A DNA stretch of 63,222 nt, counting the filler, from Collodictyon triciliatum (lineage: Eukaryota): NCBI GenBank assembly GCA_043381765.1. It is 10 parts of 10 records of this genome, joined end to end, with 100 filler letters (N's around TTAATTAATTAA, not from the genome) between each part and the next. Parts side by side here need not be neighbours in the genome. Positions count along the whole stretch, not along the records: positions 1 to 6,269 come from JBHJMP010004588.1; positions 6,370 to 12,640 come from JBHJMP010004589.1; 8 more parts are not named here. One strand, given 5' to 3'. The notes below the pieces were generated by a model. It saw only the letters and a program-made list of their open reading frames with translations. It was not told the origin of the DNA and searched no databases. Position 1 is the stretch's first letter; every line of letters begins with the position of its first letter. Of this stretch, positions 1 through 12,005 are shown one piece after another. Made by a program: the position numbers and the translations under genes.

Positions 1-996
1 AGGAGCAAGAGCAAACAGCACAAGTCGAATCCAAGCTTGGAACTTCACACACCAAAGACAGTCCGAGCAAGCAGGAGTGTATGTTTCTAAAACCACAAAC
101 ACATATCCATACTCCGGTTAAGCAAAGTCCGCTGCCAGCTACGCATAGTTCCGAAACCTGGGGACGGTCAAGCGCCACTTTCATTGAATACCAGACAATC
201 AATGATGTATGCTTTTTGTCTGGGTCTCCCAGCAAGAAACGCAAGGAGAGGTCACTAATTGTCTCCTAAAAAGACTCATCCTGTGGAATGAAATAGAATA
301 TAAACCTTGTCTGAGATAGAAAGTTGAAAGGACTCGTCGGAATCGATTTGAGAAGTAACTGCGATGTGCGTACTTTCATCGACCCGACAACTTTATCCGC
401 TCTTCTATCAGTCTCGAATACAACCAGAAATCGCGTTGGAGCTGATTCACCACTTCATGTAGAATAGTCTGCGTGTGAGAACACTTTCTCTACTTTCTGT
501 ATTTTTTTTCTTTTTCTTTTTCTTTCCACCCAAAACACAAAAACTCCAACCACACAATCCGGGGTTTTCCCGCTGTCTTGTCCACAGTTCATTATTGTCC
601 TTGAGGTGAAGTCAGTTTCCTCGGCTTTTTTTCTCATGATAAAAAGCTAATAGAAAAATGAAAGCAGAAAAAAAATGGCTGTGACTTTGATACCCATGAT
701 TGAACTCTTTTCATCGAAGACGTATGGTACCTGACACCTACAGGATTTCTCGTTATCCTGCACGCAGCTGCTGTGTGGGTGGTGGTCTCTATCTACACAG
801 AACTCATGCTCTCCTCACACATTCCACGTGGCGACACATGTTGAGAGGGCAATTACATGCCAGCATATAAGAGCTCTTCTATTTTTCATCCTCGTGTCCT
901 ATGCTCAGTCGTCTGTCATCTTTATTTTACAAATAATTTATGAAGCTAACAAGCTGAAGAGACGACAAGATTCGCTCAAACTATGACTCAACTCGG

Positions 997-1044
997 GTTG
1001 TGTGACATAACCTCGCTGCACTTTGAATCGAGTAAAGGGGAAAA
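997..1044 (+). mobile_element. Short 5'-truncated poly(A) retroposon insertion with TSD
   Basis: GACATAACCTCGCTGCACTTTGAATCGAGTAAAGGGGAAAA is flanked by ATGACTCAACTCGG (983-996) and ATGACTCAGCTCGG (1045-1058). It matches the copy at 44345-44387. Confidence 0.7.
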
Positions 1045-4000
1045 ATGACTCAGCTCGGCTCCCTTACGTATTGTATCTTCATACAACCTCAAGCGGAAAG
1101 AGTGAGGCGGCCTTCTAGTTATGACATCATGAGGATTTTAAATCAACAGCTATCAATATACGCTGGCTCAATCAGTCACTTTGGGGGCTGTCCTGCAAGA
1201 TGCCTTTGGCCGCTATGTCTCTCAAAAAGGAAAAAAAATGAAGACAAACTGTTAGGTAAATAGACCAAGGTGATGAAAGGACTCGCGAGGGCATATATTA
1301 CCATCTAACTAGCAAAGACAGATAAGAATCAAAACCTGTGAGGAAGCACTCCATCAAAATCCATTTAGTTCCATTTCGTATGACAGAAACGCATAAGTAC
1401 TGACAAACATGTAATTTAATGACCAGGAGCACATTTATCCGTTGCATTATGCATCATATAATAACGTCAGACCCTCTAATGATAGCAAGATGAGTGAAGT
1501 GCTACAAATTCCAGATATGGATGAAAAGCCGATTGAAAACAGATGTTGGAATCTTCTGGATGATGTCTGAATCGAGGCGGCTATTTCCGGGAAATACTAC
1601 GGGTGAATAGCGCACAAACCATATTGAGGCGATGGCAGCACCGATGCAGACATTGCCGCCGGTTGTTCAGATCACCCGCCAAAGGTTGGACAAGAATGGA
1701 CGAATCGCAGGTTCGTTTGGCTCGAGATGTATTGAAGGCATCGCACAAAGTCATATACAAAGGATTTGCCTTATTGAAAAAAAATTGATTTTAAAACGGG
1801 CCAATCAGAAATCAAAGCACCTGTCGCAACTGGACTTTCTGTCCACACAAACCTTATCAACAAGTCTACAAAAACCTTATCAACAAATCCACACAAAAGC
1901 CATATAACAAGTGCGCCTTACTAAGTGGTTAGTGCTTAAAGCGCTTTTTCTAGTCGTGTCATGAAATGCGAGAAAGATATTGATTTTTTAAATTCCTTTT
2001 TGATAAAACAAAAAACAAAAAACAAACAAATTGGTGCAAAACACACTATAAAAAGACGAGCAACGTGCTGTAAAATGATAGGAAAACACAACATACAAGC
2101 ACCTTATGATTGTAGGATTCATCATAATATTAAGACAAATACACGCCTCGATTCATAATAATAAATGATACAGACCCACCTCAAAGTTATGCATCTATCG
2201 CTGTTAGAAAACCGGAGTTTTTCATCCATCATGAAACTAAACAAATTACATCCCATAAGCTTTCCATAAGCTTTCTACTTCAGAGTCTTCATATTAATAT
2301 TGATATGCTCTTATTGCAGATGGAGACATATTAGCTATTATGTATTTTACCCGTGTCCACATAAAACTCATAAGTTCATTTACAAAAAAAAAATAGACAA
2401 TGATCAAGCTTCCTTTCTTAAAATACCTGCCAATTTCATATCCCAATACCTGTTCTGCACACATCAGCCTCTAGACGAATTAAAGAGCCCCTACTCATGA
2501 GAAACCTTTCGAGACACAAAACGCTGCCACTGATACTATTTAATTATTACAAGATAATGAAAAACCTAAAAAACCTAAAAAAAACCTAAAAAACTTAAAC
2601 CTAAGAAACCTAAAAAAACCTAAAAATGCCGCGCGTCTAAACACCGGGATAAGAGTGATTGCAATATATCAAAAAAAGTATGAAACTATGTCAACCTTTC
2701 CTTTTTTTTTACTCCCCATAGCTCACAGAAGCCTCCAGAAAATACTTCATTATAGAATTGCCCTCGACTCATATCATAGCTTTTTGCCGCTGACTCATAT
2801 TTCACACTCCTATTTTTCATGAACCATAATGCAGGTTCGTCCAAAACTTTCTTCCGATGTATATAAAACTCAATTTCAATAATTATTGCAGCATCTATTT
2901 GTGTGGAAGCCGTCTGTTTTCTTCGGAAGCACTCCAAAGTGAGTGAGCTCCACCGTGGTTGTTAGCAAAGTCTGGTTTAACACAGAGGCAAAATAAGGAA
3001 CCGCTTTTGTTGAGCTGGACTTTCCGACTCACTCTTCGCGATGAAGCAAAAGACCGAAAACCTCCAATAGTAAGTCTTCCTTAAACCTCTGCAAAAGCCT
3101 GTAACCCAACTTAAGGTCAAACTGTGTCTCTCTCTTCTTTTTTGTGTGTGTGTGTGTATTATAAAGTGAAATCAAAGACGCCAGGTCAAACTCAAATAAA
3201 TTTCATAAACCAGTGTCTAAATTCAACATGGATTCTTTATTAAGTGTTTGTGAATCTGTTTGTCCGATTCTGTGTATTTGTGTCTGAGAGAAAGTGGTCC
3301 ATGTAGAGAACTTAAGAGATTCTTAGCATCATGGCTGCCTGTCCCAATAACGAGATGTAAAATACAGGTATAAGACTATTGACTAGAAGTCCGTCAATTC
3401 TATAATAATCGTAAAAGCAAAAACAATATCGAAATATCGGTGGATAAGAAAGAAAAGAAAACAAAAGCAAACGCAAGGGACAAGCATGCACATGATATCC
3501 TTCAGCTCGACAAAAGAAGGCAGCTTGGTGGTCACTATCATTCTCAACCATTTGCTTTCCCAACGACTTTCCAGTGTTCGAAGCCAATGGATATTTTGTC
3601 GCGCCTTTATTTCACCCACATATTTCTTTTCAATAAAACATTAGACTTGTAATACCTTGCAGGAAAACAATTAATTTTGTTATGATTTTCGAATGTGCGT
3701 TTGAAAATTTTAAAATCTAAGAAAAAACACCACCACTTCCCGCCAAAAGAATGCCACAGCATATTTTGAATTATCTGATATTTACTAATGAGTTATTATT
3801 CTTTCACATTTGACCGCGAAGGCGTTCTGTTTTAATTCAATCATCCTATATATTGTGGTAAAGATCTCACGTTTTCTTTCTTGTTTGACGGCAAACATAG
3901 ATACATACAATATATTAGACCTTGTGAATATGTAGCTGCTAGAGACTAAAATTGTGGATAAGGTTTACACTTGATTGTCATATTACCGCTTGTCACCTCC

Positions 4001-5075
4001 TTTTACTTCGATCAGAAGCAATAGCACTATTCACACCGACAAACTGCACCGTAACCCACTTGGCTGTCCATCGCACCTTATCCACAATCTAGATGCAAAC
4101 GCCGATCGTATGAAAGATAAAATAGCTTATTTATGTGATAAAATTAACTTAAAACTACCGTAAGATAATGAATAAATGAACACCTTTCTTTAAATCAACT
4201 ATAATGCATTTCAATGAGGGTTTACATTACGTTAGACAATTTGGCGAGTTTATATGCGCTCATTTAAAATGAACAGAGTTAATATAAATCCTGTGGAAAG
4301 GACATGAAAATTATATTCTAAGATATAAATATAGTGCCGACTCCTCCAGCTTTTGAAGATTGATTGGCTCCTGTCTTTAATATTTTTATGAATAGTCTAT
4401 TGCTGATCAAAAACTTTCCAAGTAATATTATGTATAATTTTCTCTTCAACTTGATCCAAAAAATAAATTCAAATATTAAACGACAATAGATTGAGAATAA
4501 TTTAGTTAAAAACAATACTTTTTTATTAATCGAATATAATATGTCTTGAAATATATGAAAATGTATTATTTTTTCTACAAAAACCTGTCATGGATATGTA
4601 AATTGCCCATGCTTACAAAACAATCATTTCATAAAGAATCAAGATATTTATTTCATTCTATTTACCTTTCTGTGAGCTCGAACCTCTCGTCTTTTTCCCA
4701 TCCCATATTGTCGAGTGTATCAAAATCTGTGTGTAATTGAAAAGATATCAGCGGTGGCATATACACGTCACATTATTTTGCTGCGACAATTTACAAAGAA
4801 AACAATAAAATTCATAAAATCACAATACATTACATAAAAGGAGTGTAAAAAGCTGATTTTTTTATTGACAGCATGCTTTTTTAACTTTAAATATATGAAT
4901 ATGTCGTTTATTTGTAGAACAGAATAAAGCATGAATTTGAATAGATAAACATGCATATATACTTTCTTTTCAATTGAAGCTCTTAAATCGGATGCTTTTC
5001 ATGTTACAGATTTATTGTGTGTACTTTCTAAACCTTATTTTCTTCCAAAATGACAACACCTAGCAAGGAAACTGA

Positions 5076-6269
5076 ATGCTAAAGAAATTTTTATTAGTGG
5101 ATGTCATATTAACAGGTTTGTTAGTACTTGATGAAGAATTGAGTAATATGAGAAAATATTATATTTTAAAAAAAAGTAATATGAACTGAATGTGTATATT
5201 AAATACTATAGTGTTGCTCTGGCAACATCGTGTATCTGAAGTTGAAGGTCAAGAAAAATACTTGATTCGCACGCTGGATGATCATACAAAATGGGTTTGG
5301 AGTGTTGCTGTTACTCCTGACGGCTCTAAAATAGTGTCTGGAAGTTCTGACTTCACAATTAAAATATGGAGTCTTTATGATGGAGGTTTGATAAGAACCT
5401 TGAATGGCCATACTGGTACTGTGCAAAGCGTTGCTGTCTCCCCTGATGGCTCAAAAATAGCGTCTGGAAGCCTGGACTACACAATCAAAATCTGGAATCC
5501 CTCTGACGGAGCATTGATCCGGACATTGTCTGGGCATTCAAGGGATGTCCTCAGCGTTGCTATTTCCCCTGACAGCTCAAAAATTATTTCAGGGAGCTGG
5601 GATAGCACAATCAAAATTTGGAGTCTTTTTGACGGAACATTGATTAGCACATTATGGGGTCATGCATATAGAGTCATGAGTGTTGCTTTTACTCCGGATG
5701 GCTTAAATATTGTCTCTGGGAGTGCTGATATCACTATCAAAATATGGAATGTTTCCAACGGAGCTTTGATTCGCACTTTAACAGGGCATAGCAGTAATGT
5801 CAACAGCGTTGTTGTGACTCCTAATGGCTCTAGAATCGTTTCTGGAAGTGTGGATTGGACAATCAAGATTTGGAATTTTTCTGATGGAGCTTTAATTCGC
5901 ACATTGTCAGGTCATATTTGGGATATAAGCAGCGTTGCTGTCACCCCTGATGGCTCAAAAATTGTTTCAGGGTGCGGAACCAATGACCGAACAATAAAAA
6001 TTTGGAATCTTTCTGATGGAGCTTTGATTCGCACATTGTCAGGTCATAACGACGGTGTAAATAGCGTTGTTGTTGCACCTGATGGGTCGAAAATTGTTTC
6101 AGGAGGAAATGATTACACAATCAAAATTTGGTTTTTACAAGCTCTGCATTCCATATCTCATTCCAAGTCCAAATCCCAATCCCAATCCCAATCCCAATCC
6201 CAATCCCAATCCCAATCCCAATCCCAATCCCAATCCCAATCCCAATCCCAATCCCAATCCCAATCCCAA
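5076..6269 (+). CDS. Secreted 7-blade WD40 protein with poly-(SQ) tail, 3'-truncated at the contig end
   Basis: Exon 1 is 5076-5115 (MLKKFLLVDVILT), followed by a GT-AG intron at 5116-5211. The spliced N-terminus MLKKFLLVDVILTVLLWQHRVSEVEG/Q is signal-peptide-like. Seven GH...SVAxxPDGSKIVSGSxDxTIKIW repeats follow, then SHSKSK(SQ)n. Confidence 0.9.
6174..6269 (+). repeat. (TCCCAA)n microsatellite encoding poly-(Ser-Gln)
   Basis: Perfect hexamer array, in frame with the WD40 ORF, running into the contig end. Confidence 0.95.
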
Positions 6270-6369
6270 NNNNNNNNNNNNNNNNNNNNNNNNNNNNNNN
6301 NNNNNNNNNNNNNTTAATTAATTAANNNNNNNNNNNNNNNNNNNNNNNNNNNNNNNNNNNNNNNNNNNN
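6270..6369. other. Artificial contig linker N44-TTAATTAATTAA-N44 (also at 12641-12740, 19013-19112, 25378-25477, 31742-31841, 38105-38204, 44468-44567, 50830-50929, 61993-62092)
   Basis: Identical 100-nt spacer with stops in all six frames, occurring nine times. The flanking contigs are of near-equal length. Confidence 0.98.
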
Positions 6370-9300
6370 CGCGAGGGTGATTGAAAGAGGAAGGCGATAG
6401 ATGACACCATGTTTGATTGACTCTCCGATTTCAGCCTCCAACTCAGCAAGAGCCGGAGCGGAGTTTTCAAGCACACCATACACGCTCACTACCTGCGACG
6501 GCCGGTTCCAAGTGATAAATGCGCGATGTTTCTTTCCGATTTTCTCAAATACACCTCTGTCAACAAGCTCGGAAACAGCATTTCGAATAAAGATTTCATG
6601 TGCAGGGATGTTGGTTGGTGAGATTAGCCTTTTGATTGTGGCGGAGGTGTCGTCAATTTTTTGAGATTTTGAGCACGACATTAGGATAGTAACCTTCTTT
6701 TTCTGTTCATCGACAATCGATTTGGAGACAAGGGGGTTGCCTTGTTCTCTTGCCAAAGTTAGGATTTGATTAATTCTTGGCTTAAAAAATTCATAAATGG
6801 GTAGATATATCTCAAGGTTGTCCGAAACGTTCTGCTCGACTGTAATAGGACGACCAAGAAGGTGTGTGTCACCAGACAGGCCAAGCGCAGCTCTGCATGT
6901 ATCTTTCGAATCAAACTCTATAATAATGGAATGCTTTGGTTTAGTGGGATTTACATCCAAACGAGAAGAGAGGATTCTACCATAATTTTGGAATCGGCCC
7001 ACCAAAATAGTTTGGATTTGTTCGGAGCTCGGAAGCGGTCTATATTGGCCAAAATTATTTGTGACTCGATTCACTGGCATATATAGTTCAATGGCCTGCT
7101 TAATCTCAGTCATCTGTGTTTTCGGAGAAAGCCCAGTTATACAAAGAACGTTCGAATCAACCCTACCTTGGGAGCTCCTGAAGTTGACACGACAGTTTTG
7201 CAACAAAGGAATAGAAGTTCGACATATTTCGAGAGCAACAACTTGAATTGCAGATCCCAACTCCACAGTCACAGTATATGGCTGATTTTGCATCCAGGTG
7301 ACCCGAATAGCTGTATCTTTCTTAAATGTAACGGGAGTTTTGTTTGCAGGTAAATATCCATTTATACTCACAGACTTTTTTTCATCTAATAGAATCTCTC
7401 TTCGGTACCGCAAAGTTTCTCTTCTTTCAAATAGCTGTCTTGCCTGCACAGCAGAATCAAACATAATGTAGAGATCTACTGTTTGAGTGTCTCTGTGATA
7501 CCAAAAGTCTATGCTCTCGAATATATCAATCTTGTTTTCTCTCATAAATGCGTCTACACAGTCAGCTGCTCCCATTCCCCTGATAATTGGAAGTTTCTGT
7601 ATCTGAATAATTCGAAACTCAGTTGTGTTGATTAGAATGGATGTTACGTTGGCTCCAGCTCCTAATGAGACTCTAGATAAACTGTTTGCCACCCAAACTT
7701 CTAAAACTTGACGCTTTATCTCATCTCTTATTTTTTCTAACTCCTTACAAACTTCTTCAAAGACTGCCTCTGCCTTTTCGGCAGGTGCCCACAACTTCAT
7801 GCTATTATCTGAATTGGAGTACAGCATAGCGCATCTGCTTTTCATCTCCAAGTCTTTAATGAGGGAAGGAATTTTAAGCTTGGCTTGCATTAAATTGCTG
7901 CCAAAATTTTCGATGTATCGAGTCTCGTAAAAATGCTCTTTTGATACCCGTCTGAAATTATACTGATCTAAAAACGCCATAGGAATCCATTCAATTTCTA
8001 CTGGAGATATGTTTTTCATGACGCTTTCTTTCCCTTTGATGAAGTTGCTGTAAACGACAAAATTGGGTGTTCTTCCCATTAGCATACTTTCCGTGTGCAT
8101 TTTTGCAACAACCGATAATCGTGTTACATAATAATCGTCTTTGATAGTTCTCATGGAGAGATTGTAGAATAACCCTCTGCAAATACACATTTTGATTGTC
8201 CTGCTCTTTTCTTCAGGAGACATTTGTTTCTGTTGAATAGAAATCTTGAGGTGCTTTGTGATTCTCTCTTGATAAAATGCCACTATGCGTGAAATGAATG
8301 TGAGATATTTTTGGTTGATTCCCAAAGCATCGCTCCATTCTTTCCTTTGCTCTGTTGGAACTGCTGTCCATGCAGTGAGTATCTTCTGTTGCAAGATGAT
8401 GTCTCCATCCTGAATCGACAAATTCATGGATTCTAAGAGTTTTTGATCCTTTTCACTGATATCCCCTTTGAAAAAAAGGTTTCCAGGATTTGCCAAGAAG
8501 GCTGTGATGATAAGGGTTTCCGCAAAACAGCCACTTTTAATGCCAGTTTCTAAGCAGCAAGCATAAGATGGGTGAATGCTCAGTACTAAAGCTATTTTCC
8601 CTACATCAGTTAACCCTCCATCTCTTGTAATGGCCCCGACTGATTCAATTATAACGAGCGATGATTGTAGTGACCTTGGAGGTGGTGGGGTAACATATGG
8701 GAAATCTTCGTGGCGCCCTTTAGTCAAAGTCATTACTTGTAGAAGAGCTAAATCGAGCGTACTGTATGATATCTCAGGCTTGTGTGTCTTTTCCATGGAT
8801 TGGTAATTTTCGTGAGAGAAAAACTGGACATACACTCCTCCTGGCTTAGAAGAAAGTTGTAAACGTCGGGAGCGAACGGTACTTTTTGTTACCATTTCAA
8901 GCTAAAATGGAATTTTGTAATTGAGATTAGATATCTGGTGAATACGAAAACGTACTTAAATTTTATGATTGAATATAAAAATGTATATAAAATATGTTTG
9001 TAAGAGAAATCTGAATAATATGAGTGGAAGGGGAAACTCACTCTGTACTCGGTGCTTTGAGAAACTGGGTCGAATTGCTCGCTTTGTACGAAGCCTAAGT
9101 CAATAATGAATCTCATCGTTTCACATACAAAAATGTTCCCAGTAGAAGCTGCCACCAGGTAAACCTTTCGGTGGTTTGGATAAAGTTCATTCGCCTATTG
9201 ATTGTTTAAAGAGAAAAATTGTGAAAAAAAAATCACACCACAATAAAATTGGCTACATTTTCAATTAAAAATATTATGGAGATAGTACCTTGATTGGGTC

Positions 9301-12005
9301 CGTCGTTTGTATCTTTGAGTATGGGAAAATTTTAATGTCTTTATCTTTGTTTGATTTCTGAATAATGGGAAGTAGCTTGGTGCAGGAGTCTGTTCCATCG
9401 AGGAAAATGGCTATGTCACCAGGGCCTCTCCTTTTGAGGTCATTGATCTACGTGGATGGCATTAACATCTTTTACATTGTGCTATTTTATCCCATTTAAA
9501 AAAATTCAAAGAAAAGCTCATAGATATGTCCATATCACTTTTTTTTTCCTTTATTCGATTCAAAGTATGTCCATATCACTTTAGAATATCTTTAAGTGTC
9601 ACCTTATTAATCAGTGTTGGGACGATATTATCTCGGTCCGGGGGCGTTTCTCTAATCACAGTGACGGGAAATTCATCAGGCTCTAAGGAAACTGTCATAA
9701 CAGATTGGAAATGCTGATAAATATCTGTAATTCCATCAGCACTGACACAGAGGATTATGCGAAGAGCTGGGCGCGTCGGAAGTACAATTTTTAATGCCCC
9801 CAAGAGTACATCCATCATGCAGCTCCTTTCTGCAACGCCGTTTATAATTATGCAATCATATGGAATGTCATATATATTTCTGTAGAGAGTATCCATGAAG
9901 CTCATGATATCATTCACGACTATCCGCGACTTTCCATTGTTTTGCTGTAAAATTATAATTTTAAGTGATCCAACTAAGGCATAAGATACAAATAAGTTGA
10001 AATATTTCTTGTATTTCGGAAAATGGGTGTACAGAAAAAAACCTTACAAAAAATAAAATAAAATAAATAACAAGATTAAAAATCTTACAACTAGAGATAT
10101 GTCCCGTCCTAGTTTTAGCCCCGAAATCTGACATAGGCGCTCGCCATAGCTTCGACGGGATAATGCAGAGTCAATAAGACACAGAGTATTTTCAAATCCA
10201 CCCAATGACATTAAGAGGGGTAGTTGCACTAAGCTGTCTGAGCGTTGGTTCGTTAGTAAGAGCGTCACTTGTGAGGCTTTAATTGAACGCAATAGCTCTT
10301 TTCTGTGCATGTAAACACTATCCCTTGTTGAAGCGAAGTGAGTTTCTATAGTAGCCCATTCTCTTAGCATGGGATGCAACGCAAGAGGAACTTTCCAAAT
10401 AATACTTCCCAAATACAACTGAAAGCGAGTAAATTCTGATATAACATGGTCAATCTGATTTGTTTGTCTTGCCCAAACAAGAGCCTCCTCTGTAATCATG
10501 TTAATTTCTCTTCCCTGCCCAAGCTGATGGTCAAACGGGATTTTTGCTTTCTGGCAGAGCTCATATTGCATTTTTTCAAGTTCTGGTATGATATTTGGGT
10601 TGAAACTTGCGATGATGGTAGAGGCACTTTCAATGGTCTCGCGATCGTGTATAACAGGAGTCTCTAAGTGGTTGTGATTTTTAATACAATGGGGGTTGGA
10701 ACAGAAAATTCCATGCCAGCAAACATCAGAGGCCTTTTGTGTTTTTTCTGGGTGGCTCAAAGGGCATACGCTACTGAAGCAGCGTGTTTCGTTGGGGCAT
10801 TTATTCCCCGTATCTTTCTTCGAAAGACTTGTGGTAGATGAACCCCCTGTAGAAATAACACTTTTTTGCCCCTTTGAAAGTACAGATTGTCCATCACTCA
10901 AATCGGCTTTGCCAGAGACACTCTCACTGTCTACGTCGATACTTTCATTCTCATCTTTTGATAATGATTCATCTTCGTCATCACTAGAGTAGTGACTTTG
11001 GTTCTCTTCAGGACCTTGATTCATAATTTGGTTCACAGCCAGAGCTCCATCTCGAGGGTGCCAAAAGCGACACTTTGGAATACGACATGCATTCCCAAAC
11101 TTGCATTTTTGGATGGAACTACCTTTCTGCGATGCTTTTTTTGTCATCGGTGATTTTGATCTACTGGTTCGCTGCTCAAGAGCAGTCTTTTTAGCCTTTC
11201 CATCGCCTGCAGAATCCATTTTGTTTGGATGGATCAATAAGCAAGCTGGGTCGATGCATTCCGCCCCTGCAGGGCATATGTCATCATCTTGTGCTGGAGT
11301 CAGATCTTCTTCTTCATTTTCGTCCCCATCGTGAATGATAGCATCGCCCAAATTTTCTTCAAGAAACTCATCATTTCCTTCATTTCCCCGTGGGTTAAGT
11401 TCATCATCTTTATCGACTTCTTGTGCACCGTTCCCTTCATTGCCTCCATCCTGCAGAAGCATCTCGTATTTGGGGTCGTGCTTGCTAGAGGAAGCTTCTC
11501 CGTGGTGCTTGGATGTTATGTTGCTCGGACCAAAGGTCTCACGAGCAGGTTGCTTTCCATCTAGAATCCCTCCAACTTCTCTTCCGTCCCCTCTTCCATA
11601 TCCACGTCCTCTTCCTCTTCCACGCCCACGTGTACTGTCAGATTCGGCGTCGTTATCCTGGCCAAACTCTTGATCGATTCCACGCCCGCGTCCACGTCCT
11701 CTTCCTTGTTCTTGTAAGAAACCACGGCCGCGTCCGCCTCCTCTTTGGTTGAAAGGGTTTGCTTGCAGATTCTCGCCATGATCTTCTTCTGCGCCTTCAG
11801 GCGTGTCGGGAACAGCTTCAAGGGGGTGACCATGGGGCTGTTGCGTCAACAGAGCAGAGCTGCTTTGGCCAACAGGCTGTGGCGCTGGGATGTTTGGAGA
11901 GATATTCTTGTCAAACGCACCACCATAAACGCCTTGCTTGCTTGGGCTCTTTGGCGGCTCCATCTCTTTTTCTGGTTTCTGGAGAATGTTCAAATATAGA
12001 GTCAT
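6370..12005 (-). CDS. DEAH/RHA-family helicase-like protein with RGG repeats, four CCCH fingers, a degenerate helicase core, HA2/OB and RRM/KH-like regions; 3'-truncated
   Basis: Multi-exon: about 12005 (or 11963)-10089, 9944-9603, about 9447-9289, about 9193-9042, about 8900-6370. Contains RGRGRG, CPAGAECIDPACLLIHP, CKFGNACRIPKCRFWHP, ERSCMMDVLLGALK, GDIAIFL, FIIDLGFV and the HA2-like GAITRDGGLTDVGK. The RRM-like segment is SIIIEFDSKDTCRAAL. Confidence 0.85.
9541..9565 (-). mobile_element. Very short retroposon tail with a 16-bp TSD, inside a helicase intron
   Basis: The minus strand reads CTTTGAATCGAATAAAGG-A7. Perfect direct repeats TATGTCCATATCACTT lie at 9525-9540 and 9566-9581. Confidence 0.8.

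Noticed and set aside
1-3100. Short ORFs and possibly decayed coding sequence
   Set aside because: No recognisable motif or consistent splice model could be supported.
6270-6369. Recurrent TTAATTAATTAA palindrome, and apparent clustering of genes across the window
   Set aside because: The palindrome is an artificial concatenation linker. Neighbouring contigs are not physically linked, so no synteny can be inferred.
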